From an uncultured Nitrospiraceae bacterium (GTDB lineage Bacteria; Nitrospirota; Thermodesulfovibrionia; Thermodesulfovibrionales; SM23-35): a DNA stretch of 64,000 nucleotides. The notes beneath the pieces are model-generated. The model was given only the letters and a program-made list of their open reading frames with translations, ran no database searches and was not told the origin of the DNA. Positions 17,948 to 27,061 of this stretch are shown here, in pieces. The stretch lies in contig CAVSHB010000001.1 in the NCBI GenBank assembly GCA_963727775.1, positions 96,001-160,000 on the forward strand, written 5' to 3'. The translations under genes were made by a program, and so were the position numbers. Position 1 is the first letter of the stretch. The number at the start of each line of letters is the position of its first letter.

Positions 17948-19496
17948 CCCGAATAAGGCAGACATTGTTCAAAATTTTATTTAACTCGATGAATTTATTG
18001 AAAATATCTTTATTGGTAGCATTAATAAAAATGGCGCATCTGGGTTCTTCATGGGTCTATGCAATATATAGTGGTTTGAGTATCCTATGTTCATGGATGA
18101 AAAAGTGTTTTATACAAAGATATTGGGAATCAAGCTGCCTTGGTTTGTAAAACAGGTTATTATGGACGAAGCAACTCAGCGAATCGACATTTATATGGAG
18201 CATGAGAAAGATATACGCGTCAGGTGTCCGGAATGTGGTGCGTTTTACGGCATGTACGATCACGCACCTGAGCGCGTTTATCGTCATTTGAACACCTGCC
18301 AAATGGAAACCTACATTCATGTTCGGCCACCGCGAGTAAACTGCCCTACGCATGGAGTTAAGCAGATAGAATCGGCGGTTGGTGAGAACGGCTCGGATAT
18401 GAGTCATGCCTTTGAGAGTCTGGTCATTCGTGTTGCTCAAGAGTGCAGCATCGAGGGTACGGCCCGGCTTTGTGGATTGAGTTGGGATAAAGGATGGAAT
18501 GCTCTGGAGCGAGCGGTTAATCGTGGTCGCGGACGCAAGGTGCATCGCATCCCAAGCCGTATCGGAGTGGATGAGAAGTCCATTGCGAAGGGACACAAAT
18601 ACGAGTCTCTGGTTTACGATCTTGATGCAGGGACTGTTGAGTTTGTATGGGATGATCGTGGCCAGGAAAGTCTTGAAAGCTATTACCGGCAGTTTAGCAA
18701 GGAAGAACTGTCTGACGTTAAAGCTGTGGCAATGGACATGTGGGACCCGTATATTGCGGCTACAAAAGCTTATGTACCTGGTGCGGAAAGGAAGATCGTC
18801 TTTGATCGTTTTCATGTGATGAAGCATGTTCTGGCTGCGGTGGATGAGGTCAGAAAGAGAGAACATCGTGAACTTTCGGAGTGCGGAGAGCAAACTTTGA
18901 AGGGAACCAGATATCTGTGGTTGTGGAGCGAGGAGAATATTCCATCGTGGCGACGTGGAGAGTTTGAGGCATTGCGAGCCAAAGACTTGCAGATATGCCG
19001 GGCGTGGGCTATAAAAGAGAACCTTCGGCATCTGTGGGAGTATCGGTATGAGGCCCATATGAGAAACTATTTCAAGCGCTGGTATTTTTGGGCAACTCAT
19101 TCTCGACTTGAGCCTATTAAGAAAGCGGCTAAGACGGTTAAGTCCCATATAGACAATATCGTTACTTACGCACGGCATCGCATTACCAACGCCTTGGGCA
19201 AGGCAATCAACGGCAAGATTGAGAAAGTTAAACGAATGGCTTGTGGTTTTCGCAATCGCTCCCATTATAGAACCGCCATTTATTTTCATTGCGGCGGACT
19301 GGACTTGTTTCCCAAACCGCCTGCTCAACCAACACTATGCTTTCGAGCAACTTAAACACTATCTGTTGGGGGTATCCATTAAAATGTCTGTTCCGGCATA
19401 AAAATATTCCTCAAACCATTAGTTCAAGGTACACTAAGGTATCGAAAAATAAAATATTTCACAACATCTGCCTTATTCCAATTGCATTTTTCGGGT
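17947..19496. mobile_element. Small inverted-repeat-bounded (MITE-like) element hosting the ISL3 copy
   Basis: Left ACCCGAATAAGGCAGACATTGTTCAAAATTTTATTT; right end reverse-complemented ACCCGAAAAATGCA..GAATAAGGCAGATGTTGTGAAATATTTTATTT; TTAA at both junctions. Confidence 0.55.
18087..19355 (+). mobile_element. ISL3-family transposase, probably inactive; element about 18043-19390
   Basis: Zinc finger CPEC...CPTHG, IGVDEKS, AMDMW, FDRFHV, GFRN; third catalytic Glu position reads K (TNALGKAIN). Confidence 0.9.
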
Positions 19497-19659
19497 TAAC
19501 CAAAAGCATGGTTATTTTCGATTGAGTGTTTTTACGTTGAACTGTTTATGAAATTTACTTATCACTCTCTCCAAATTATTTGGTGTTTACATGGGTATCT
19601 ATTCACTTAAGAAAAAATCATATATAATTGATCTAAATTCAAAGAATTAAGGAGGAATC

Positions 19660-19896
19660 ATGACAGCAAGGATAGTTACCTATGAGTGCGAACAGTGTGG
19701 TTCTGAGATCGTTGTTACAGAGACCGGAGAAACCCAATTAAGTCCTATTTACTGTTGTAGTGTGGCGGTAACAGAGGTGGGTTCTATTGAGAAGAAACCG
19801 GCAAAACCTAAAAAGAAAGTAGCGAAGAAAGTAACGAAGAAAATAGTTAAAAAGAAAGTAGCGAAGAAAACACCTGCTTCAAAAAAGAAGTCGTAA
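19660..19896 (+). CDS. Small zinc-ribbon protein with Lys-rich histone-H1-like tail
   Basis: YECEQCG...YCC, then KKVAKK repeats; SD AAGGAGG. Confidence 0.75.
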   Translation: MTARIVTYECEQCGSEIVVTETGETQLSPIYCCSVAVTEVGSIEKKPAKPKKKVAKKVTKKIVKKKVAKKTPASKKKS

Positions 19897-19935
19897 TAGA
19901 CGGAATTAGATTGACGTATTCTCTCCGGAGCGGCG

Positions 19936-20003
19936 GGGAAACGAATAGGCTAACCGGCGCGTGGTTTTTTGCGCGTCCGGGTTGAGCGCCCTATGCGTTT
20001 TCC
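19936..20003 (-). other. Degenerate attC-like site downstream of the PIN toxin
   Basis: Minus strand GGAAAAC...GCTCAACC...GGTTAGC-6 bp-GTTTCCC with an extrahelical C in L''. Confidence 0.55.
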
Positions 20004-20417
20004 CGCCTTTTTTTGTTTCTTATAGAAAGTCAAAAACTCTCTCGGAGAATAAATTACGGTTGCGTGACATAGTTCGGCAGGGAAATGACTCTGATTCCCT
20101 GTGATAAGACATGCCGCCTGACTCGCGATGGCAGTTGCAAGGAATGTCTCATCGTCAGGATCGGGGAGTGAATTGACTAAAGGAGAAGATGCTACCGTCT
20201 GTCCCCTGTGTACGATATAGTCTAAAAGTACTTTTACCTTTTCATTTTCAAAGTTAAACTTTGGACGGCGCAGGACCTCGTCATATTCTGCAAGAATACG
20301 TGCATTAAGCGAAAGCGTAAGCTCGCCGGACGAAACCATGAGGACAATTTCACCGCAAGCTCCGAAGGGAGATAAAAGACCCGCAACAAGAACATTGGTA
20401 TCGAGCACGATATTCAT
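19950..20417 (-). CDS. PIN-family toxin of a type II TA pair
   Basis: IVLDTNVLVAG, EYDEVLRRPKF, DPDDETFL, LITGN. Confidence 0.9.
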   Translation of the reverse strand: MNIVLDTNVLVAGLLSPFGACGEIVLMVSSGELTLSLNARILAEYDEVLRRPKFNFENEKVKVLLDYIVHRGQTVASSPLVNSLPDPDDETFLATAIASQAACLITGNQSHFPAELCHATVIYSPREFLTFYKKQKKAGKRIGRSTRTRKKPRAG

Positions 20418-20701
20418 CGTGGACGTTTTTTACGAACGGCTTTTATCTCGGCGTTGATTTCCTCCATTGAAATCTTATCAGTTCCTTGACGTGCAGATTT
20501 ACGCTGCAGAGAGACAACCGCCTCAACAGCACGTGCCTGACGGAATGCCGATAATGCTTCCTCAAGAGTTGATTCGGTTATTGCGGCAAGAATAGCTACA
20601 GGTCGACCATTGCTGGTAACAACCATTTCCCTTTCCTCTGGAAGATCCTTCCAGACTTGTGCTGATTTGCCTCTTAAATCTCGGACACTTAAAAATTTCA
20701 T
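20414..20701 (-). CDS. Phd/YefM-family antitoxin
   Basis: MKFLSVRDLR...VVTSNGRPVA; ATGA overlap with the toxin; upstream operator palindrome TTGTGTA...TACACAA. Confidence 0.88.
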   Translation of the reverse strand: MKFLSVRDLRGKSAQVWKDLPEEREMVVTSNGRPVAILAAITESTLEEALSAFRQARAVEAVVSLQRKSARQGTDKISMEEINAEIKAVRKKRPR

Positions 20702-20768
20702 TGGGTTATCCTCCAATTGTGTATTATATTATGTACACAAATGTCACCCATTGTCAATTTGCAGTTTA

Positions 20769-20841
20769 GGATTACGACCTGCATAAGCGCTTGCAATGGA
20801 GCATTGCGGAATTGCAAGCCGACTTGATGTAATTGTTTTTT
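20769..20841 (-). other. Degenerate attC site (73 bp)
   Basis: Minus strand AAAAAAC-5 bp-CATCAAGT...GCTTGCAAT/ATTGCAAGC...GCTTATG-6 bp-GTAATCC. Confidence 0.65.
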
Positions 20842-21881
20842 TTAAATCTCATCTTTTAAAATGTTATTTTTGACATCGTATTGTTGATAAAATATTGGTA
20901 AACTGAACTCTCCTCTGAGTCTTTTGATATAAGTCTTTGCATCAAAGGTCGGGGACGGTGGAGCAATTATTACAAGCTTTTTAGCTCTTTTTCGTTTGGC
21001 CAAAATGCATATTCAAGTATTTGACCGATAGCTTCTCTAATTGCTGCTTTGGCTGTTTGAGATGTTTTGATCTCGTAAAAAATAAAATTCCCTTTTTCTT
21101 TAACTACTATGTCAACCTTCGTTTGATAGCCCATACCATTTTCTGTGCCTACGTTCCCTTTTTTATGACTTGCATCTAAAATAGAAAAAATTTTTGTCTG
21201 CATCTCATTATGGAAAAGTGATTTATCTTTCTTCCCACCTTTTGATTTCGTTACTGTTTCATTTTTCCCAGGATTATGCCCAGGCTTAAAGATGAATTTA
21301 TTGGAAATGGCTTTAGAAAGGTTAGGGTCTTGAGTCTTGTTAAGCAAGTTGTAATGAAACGCGGGGATTGCTGGGTCTGATTTTTCGATTTCCAATGGTT
21401 CATCTAATAGGTGCATATCGAATATTTTGAACCTAATGTTGAAAAATGTATTCTTACTGGTTTCCCAAAAGGCTTTTAAATCGAGATTCAATTTTCTTAG
21501 GTCGGCTTCCATTTCTGATAGCCAACCATTCTTTTTATAAATGTTGTATATCCCTTTAGATTCTTCACCTGAAATAACTTTAACTGAATCGATTTTTCCA
21601 AGCCACCATTTCTTGTTTTTGTTAGAATTGATTTTTTCTAGTGAATAAAAGCTTATATTGTAAATCGCATCTTTATGAATATCTGTTTTATTATTGAACT
21701 GTTGCAAAAAACCATAGACATATTCATCAACAACTTTGTCTGTGTCAAAGTTCCATTCTTCGTGCCCAAACCCTGTAATAGACTCATACGATCCTTCATC
21801 TCTACTTTTTCCTATCCTTCCTGAAGGGGAAATCCAATAATTATTGTTCCAGCATATACGTGCTATTTTCTCATCAGGCAT
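20842..21881 (-). pseudogene. PD-(D/E)XK-type nuclease, frameshifted near the C-terminus
   Basis: VDIVV...FYEIKT...IREAIGQILEY motif; adding one A in the A-run near 20990 extends the frame (RAKKLVIIAPP...DEI) to a stop at 20842. Confidence 0.7.
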
Positions 21882-22033
21882 TTTATTCTCCTTTCAAATA
21901 TAACAATGATTTTACGAAATTCCTGTTTGAGCCCCCTATTCACAGAATATAACAAAAACGGCCAAACAAGAGACGGTAAAAATGCATATACATCAAGAGG
22001 AGCACTATTAGCCATATTCGCTGATCGGAACAG

Positions 22034-22142
22034 TTCAGGCAATTTGCCTTAATAGAGGGGTAAATTGCCTGAAAGAAGTGACCTCCCTATACACGCAAAT
22101 TGTAATAAATTCAATCTCTTATCCACTGGCATCCATTTTGCT
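22034..22142 (+). promoter_or_regulatory. sigma54 promoter with upstream palindrome (candidate enhancer)
   Basis: TGGCATCCATTTTGCT at 22127-22142 fits -24/-12; inverted repeat TTCAGGCAATTT...AAATTGCCTGAA from 22034. Confidence 0.6.
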
Positions 22143-22190
22143 TTTATCTATACAAAAATCTTTTGTCTATTCAAAAATTAGGAGGTAAAA

Positions 22191-22457
22191 ATGGCTAAGA
22201 GTGTTTATAGGGAAGATATAATGAAAGATAGGGCTGTGAATGAAGAGATTGCAAAAACGGCATATGAACTCTATCAAAAAAGAGGGATGGGCGATGGATA
22301 TGATATTGACGATTGGCTGAAGGCGGAAAGGATTGTCCGTGAAAGACCTGAAAAAATCAAAAAACATGAAATTAATGTAATGGCTGATATGGCGAAGAAG
22401 ATTGCTACCCGAAGGAGAACAAACAGACAGGCTGCGCGTGAGACATCCGGGAAATAA
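22191..22457 (+). CDS. DUF2934-like small protein
   Basis: IAKTAYELYQKRG...DWLKAER motif; SD AGGAGGT. Confidence 0.75.
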   Translation: MAKSVYREDIMKDRAVNEEIAKTAYELYQKRGMGDGYDIDDWLKAERIVRERPEKIKKHEINVMADMAKKIATRRRTNRQAARETSGK

Positions 22458-22538
22458 CGTCTTCACGATAAACCTATTATCTTTTAAAAAGCTGATTGTT
22501 ATTCTATTGTAAAATTTAGCCCAGGACAGGAGAGATTT

Positions 22539-23063
22539 ATGGAGAGAAAAGGGATTGTTACGATGAAAGGGAACCCGCTTACCCTAATTGGCCCGGAGAT
22601 TAAGGTGGGCAATAAAGCGCCGGATTTTGCTGTTCTCGACGCCGGCCTGAAGGAATACAATCTTAAAGACTTCGCCGGAAAAATAAAGATCATAAGTGTA
22701 ACACCATCCCTTGATACGCCCGTGTGCGATATGCAGGCGAGAAGGTTCAACCAGGAAGCTTCTCAGTTGGGGAATGATATCGTCATACTTAATATAAGCA
22801 TGGACCTGCCTTTTGCAATTTCACGTTTTTGCACAATTGCAGGGATAGATAAAGTAACGGCACTTTCAGACCACAGAGAAGCTTCTTTCGGAGCTTCATA
22901 CGGTGTTTTAATCAAAGAACTGAGGCTCCTGGCGCGTTCGATATTCGTTGTCGAGAAAAATGATATTGTCGTCTATATGGCAATTGTTCCTGAACTGACA
23001 AATCCTCCTGATTTTACTTCTCCGCTGTCGATGGCTAAGAAACTTGGCCCACACTCTTCATAA
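22539..23063 (+). CDS. tpx: Thiol peroxidase
   Basis: VTMKGNP, PSLDTPVC, SMDLPFA..RFC. Confidence 0.93.
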   Translation: MERKGIVTMKGNPLTLIGPEIKVGNKAPDFAVLDAGLKEYNLKDFAGKIKIISVTPSLDTPVCDMQARRFNQEASQLGNDIVILNISMDLPFAISRFCTIAGIDKVTALSDHREASFGASYGVLIKELRLLARSIFVVEKNDIVVYMAIVPELTNPPDFTSPLSMAKKLGPHSS

Positions 23064-23066
23064 GAT

Positions 23067-23179
23067 TGCCGACAGATACAGTATTTGCGCTCATTCTTGG
23101 CCCGGTAAGAATCGGGCCTTCGAGGTAAATTCTTTCTTCGAAAGAATTTAAAACCGCTTAAATACTGCATTTGTCGGCA
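23067..23179 (+). repeat. Structured three-way-junction element, copy 2
   Basis: Outer stem TGCCGACAGATACAGTATTT/AAATACTGCATTTGTCGGCA; core CGCTCATTCTTGGCC...GGCCTTCGAGGTA...AAAACCGC. Confidence 0.8.
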
Positions 23180-23287
23180 CCCGCAAATTTTATGAATTAA
23201 AGGGGTCAGCGGTTAATCAGTGTAAGAAAGTATGTTATGCCGACTCTTTACCCACTTAACCATATTTTTTTGTTATAATAGTCACGT

Positions 23288-23851
23288 ATGCTTGCAACTA
23301 TGGGACATGGCTTGGGCGGGACCTTTAATAGTCTGAAAAAAATCGTTTTAATATTTTGTATAGCCATACCGGCATTTGTATTCAGTTACTCCTCCTTCGG
23401 ACCTTTGACTGCATCGGCTGCGTTGGCTAAGGCCGATAAGGTAATCGTCTTCAAAAACAAGCATCTTCTGATGTTAATGAGAGAAGATGAAATCATTAGG
23501 GTTTATAAGGTTGCTTTAGGTAAACAGCCTGTAGGGCGAAAAATAAAGGCCGGTGACAAAAGAACGCCGGAAGGAAAGTATGTTTTGGATGCGAGGAATC
23601 AGGACAGCAAGTTCCACCTGGCTTTACATATCTCTTACCCGAATGAATCGGATATCGTGAATGCCCAGAGGAACGGCGTTTCGCCCGGAGGCGACATCAT
23701 GATCCACGGACTGCCCGACAAGCTAAAGGATGTCGGTAAATTGCACAGAATATCCGACTGGACAAATGGATGTATTGCGGTCACAAATTCTGAAATTGAA
23801 GAAATATGGCGGCTTGTCCCTGATGGCACAGGAATAGAAATTGTGCCGTAA
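23288..23851 (+). CDS. L,D-transpeptidase (YkuD family)
   Basis: GDKRTPEG.Y, IMIHG, WTNGCIA. Confidence 0.9.
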   Translation: MLATMGHGLGGTFNSLKKIVLIFCIAIPAFVFSYSSFGPLTASAALAKADKVIVFKNKHLLMLMREDEIIRVYKVALGKQPVGRKIKAGDKRTPEGKYVLDARNQDSKFHLALHISYPNESDIVNAQRNGVSPGGDIMIHGLPDKLKDVGKLHRISDWTNGCIAVTNSEIEEIWRLVPDGTGIEIVP

Positions 23852-23859
23852 GCCCTCCT

Positions 23860-25035
23860 TCAGTTAATGATATCTCTCAGACGGTCCGCGCGTTCTTTAT
23901 CAATATCTTTAAGGGTCAAATATTCTCCAAAAGCTTCCGTCTTATTCCCTGCAAGAAAATAAGCGACCCCGAGATTGAAATGCGCGGTGGCATCGTAAGG
24001 GTCGATCTCTATTGCTTTCTTGAACGTCTCAACGGCCATGGAATATGCGCGACGAAGTATGTACGTGGTACCGAGTTTGTTGTAAACAGATAAGGAAAAC
24101 GGCGCTATCTTGGCAGCCTGCTTGAATGTCTCTGTCGCTTCGGTGTATTGCCCGAGTTTGTAATATACTACGCCCAGGTTTAAGTATGCTTCTACATAGT
24201 CCGGTTTTACTCGTAGCGACTGGTTATAAGCATCGATGGCCTCTTTATACTTATTCGACTTTTCGTATTGGGTCGCCAACAAAAAATATTCATCCGGGTC
24301 GCACGCCTTTTTTTCAGGTTCTCTCACAGCCCGGTTAGGGAAGGGGAGTTTTTTATCCGAGGCTTTCAGCTTTCTGTATCTTTCAAGCTGTTTTAATACT
24401 TTTAAGGGGACGGCGTAGTTAATGTTTTTGCCCTTCTTCGGCAAATAGACGGCAGCGCCTATTGCTTTTCCTTCCAGGTCGAAGATCGGGCTCCCGCTTT
24501 TGTCCGGCGTAACCGGGATGGAAATTTCAAAGAGCTTGTCTTTTTTAGGAATATCTTTAATAATACCTTCCGCAACAGCAGAGTCGGGCTCCGAAGGGTT
24601 TCCTATTGCAACGATATGTGTTCCACGCCTTGGCTTGAAGTCCGCGGCGATCTTCACTGCGGTAAGTCCTTGTGCTTCTATTTTGAATAAAGCAAGATTG
24701 TTTTCACATCTCGATGAGATCAAGTCCCCGATAGGATAAATGACGCCTTCCCGGGTTTCGACGACGAGCATGTTTTCGGTTTTTTCAAACCATTTTGCGA
24801 TAATCCGGCAATTCGTTGCGATGACGCCGGATTGATCGACAACAAACCCGGCCCCGGATGCTATGTGTCTCTCATTTCGGTCGTTGATATAAACAGCGAC
24901 AACAGTGTCTTTCTGTTTCAACACATTTTCAGGGACCTTAGCGCCGACACGGGGGGCTGCTAAAATCAAAAGCCATAATACGGCAATGTAAACCGTTTTT
25001 GTAGAAATCCTTATCATTCGCAGTTCCAAATCCAA
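23860..25035 (-). CDS. Trypsin-like domain plus TPR protein, probably catalytically inactive
   Basis: GAGFVV..IATNCR, AIGNP, KSGSPIF; C-terminal TPR repeats. Confidence 0.8.
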   Translation of the reverse strand: MDLELRMIRISTKTVYIAVLWLLILAAPRVGAKVPENVLKQKDTVVAVYINDRNERHIASGAGFVVDQSGVIATNCRIIAKWFEKTENMLVVETREGVIYPIGDLISSRCENNLALFKIEAQGLTAVKIAADFKPRRGTHIVAIGNPSEPDSAVAEGIIKDIPKKDKLFEISIPVTPDKSGSPIFDLEGKAIGAAVYLPKKGKNINYAVPLKVLKQLERYRKLKASDKKLPFPNRAVREPEKKACDPDEYFLLATQYEKSNKYKEAIDAYNQSLRVKPDYVEAYLNLGVVYYKLGQYTEATETFKQAAKIAPFSLSVYNKLGTTYILRRAYSMAVETFKKAIEIDPYDATAHFNLGVAYFLAGNKTEAFGEYLTLKDIDKERADRLRDIIN

Positions 25036-25145
25036 ACAAATCCGAAGGCAATAAAGTATTATAATATCAAATATGATTTTGAATAAACGACTTTTCTTCC
25101 TTAGTTTAAATAAAACAAATTCGCGAGCACAAGGAGTGATATTTC

Positions 25146-26363
25146 ATGGCAAATGATGACCTCTCGAAATTGAAGATAGACAAATCTCAGGGGGCCTTCC
25201 AGCCTCGAAAACGCAGAAGAATCGTTTACCCGGCCGGTATAATATTGCTTGCCCTGGTGATTGCGGCCCTCATAATAACCGGGGTGTTTACGCCTGCTGT
25301 TCAGGTGGAAATAGCGAATGTTACAAAGATCTATCCATTTCAATCCTTTACTCTGTTAAACGCCAGCGGATATGTTGTGGCACAGCGTAAGGCTGCAGTC
25401 GCTTCGAAAATAACCAGCCGCCTTATATCACTCTCTGTAGAGGAAGGGACCAGGGTCAAGGCAGGACAGGTTATTGCCCATTTGGAAGGCGAAGACGCCG
25501 AAGCCGTGAGGGAGCAGGCGGCTGCAAATCTGAATGTCTCCGGCCATAACCTGGAACAGGCGCAGGCCGAATTGAGGGACGCGACCCTTTCTTTCCAGAG
25601 AAATAAAGACCTCGTGGCAAAGGGGTTTATAGCCCAATCCGATTACGATTCAGCGGAGGCGCGTTACAAGAAGGCTGCCGCAGCAGTGGAAGCAGCCGGA
25701 GCAGCGGTTAAGGCGGCTAAAGCAACGCTGAAAGGCGCCGACGTTGCCCTTGAATATACCTTAATCCGCTCCCCATTCGATGCTGTAGTGTTGACAAAGG
25801 ATGCGGACGTCGGAGACATTATTACTCCCTTGGGGGCCGCGGCAAATGCAAAGGCCTCTGTTGTTACACTCGCGGACATGGGCTCTCTGCAGGTCGAAGC
25901 TGATGTCTCCGAATCCAATATCCGGCAGGTCAGGATAGGGCAACCTTGCGAGATCCAGCTCGATGCCCTGCCCGATCTGCGTTTCCATGGAGTCGTGCAT
26001 ATGATTGTGCCGACCGCGGACCGGAGTAAAGCCACGATTATGGTGAAGGTACGGTTTATTGATAAGGACGATAGAATCCTACCTGAGATGAGCGCAAAGG
26101 TCGCTTTTCTGTCTCATGAAATAAAAAAGGATGAAGAGGAACCGAGGACAGCGCTTAATTCGTCCGCTCTGATTACCAGGAACGGCAAGAAACTTGTATT
26201 TCTCATTCAGGGGAACCGGGTCGTGGAAACTGAGGTCACAACAGGCCGGATACTCGGCGACATGACCGAGGTTTTGAGCGGTGTAAAGGCAGGGGACAGA
26301 GTTGCGATCAAGCCGTTGAATGAATTGCGGAACGGTAAAAGGATAAAGGTCCTCGAAAAATAA
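25146..26363 (+). CDS. Efflux periplasmic adaptor (MacA-like)
   Basis: N-terminal TM, VEEG.RVKAGQVIA lipoyl-like half, coiled coil, IRSPFD. Confidence 0.9.
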   Translation: MANDDLSKLKIDKSQGAFQPRKRRRIVYPAGIILLALVIAALIITGVFTPAVQVEIANVTKIYPFQSFTLLNASGYVVAQRKAAVASKITSRLISLSVEEGTRVKAGQVIAHLEGEDAEAVREQAAANLNVSGHNLEQAQAELRDATLSFQRNKDLVAKGFIAQSDYDSAEARYKKAAAAVEAAGAAVKAAKATLKGADVALEYTLIRSPFDAVVLTKDADVGDIITPLGAAANAKASVVTLADMGSLQVEADVSESNIRQVRIGQPCEIQLDALPDLRFHGVVHMIVPTADRSKATIMVKVRFIDKDDRILPEMSAKVAFLSHEIKKDEEEPRTALNSSALITRNGKKLVFLIQGNRVVETEVTTGRILGDMTEVLSGVKAGDRVAIKPLNELRNGKRIKVLEK

Positions 26364-27061
26364 TGGAGAGTAAGCCAATTGTCGAGATAAGGAACCTGGT
26401 GAAATCGTACAGGCGGGGCGGCCAGATTTTGCCTGTACTGACGGATATCTCACTGGATGTCGCAGAGGGTGAATTCCTTGCATTGATGGGGCCGTCGGGA
26501 TCAGGTAAGACCACGCTCTTAAACTTAATTGCTGGCATAGATAGGGCCGACAGCGGGCTTATTAATATAGGAGGCATTGATATTGCTTCTCTTTCAGAAA
26601 CCGAATTGGCCCGGTGGAGGGCTGCGAATGTGGGCTTTATCTTCCAGTTTTATAATCTTATTCCAGTCCTCACGGCGTTTGAAAACGTCGAACTGCCCTT
26701 GACCTTGACAGGACTTTCAAAAAAGGAGCGCCGGAACCATGCAGAGGCGGCTCTGAGTGTGGTAAACCTTTCCGACAGGATGGAGCATTATCCGGGTCAG
26801 CTCTCGGGTGGTCAGCAGCAGCGCGTGGCCATCGCCCGCGCGGTTGTGACCGATCCGACGATACTTGTGGCTGACGAGCCAACCGGTGATCTGGACAGGA
26901 CCTCGGCAGAAGAGATACTGGAACTTATGGAACGGCTTGTCCATGAACTGGGCAAAACAATCATCATGGTGACCCATGACCCGAGGGCCGCTAAGAAAGC
27001 ACATATAATCCGGCATCTCGACAAAGGCGTTTTGAGTGCAAATACTCAAGCTGATTTTTAA
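26363..27061 (+). CDS. ABC transporter ATP-binding protein (MacB/LolD-like)
   Basis: GPSGSGKT, LSGGQQQRVAIARA, ADEPTG. Confidence 0.95.
   Translation: MESKPIVEIRNLVKSYRRGGQILPVLTDISLDVAEGEFLALMGPSGSGKTTLLNLIAGIDRADSGLINIGGIDIASLSETELARWRAANVGFIFQFYNLIPVLTAFENVELPLTLTGLSKKERRNHAEAALSVVNLSDRMEHYPGQLSGGQQQRVAIARAVVTDPTILVADEPTGDLDRTSAEEILELMERLVHELGKTIIMVTHDPRAAKKAHIIRHLDKGVLSANTQADF

Noticed and set aside
18057..19328. 423-aa ORF antisense to the ISL3 transposase
   Set aside because: Fully overlaps a clear transposase, has no motifs or SD; most likely a shadow frame
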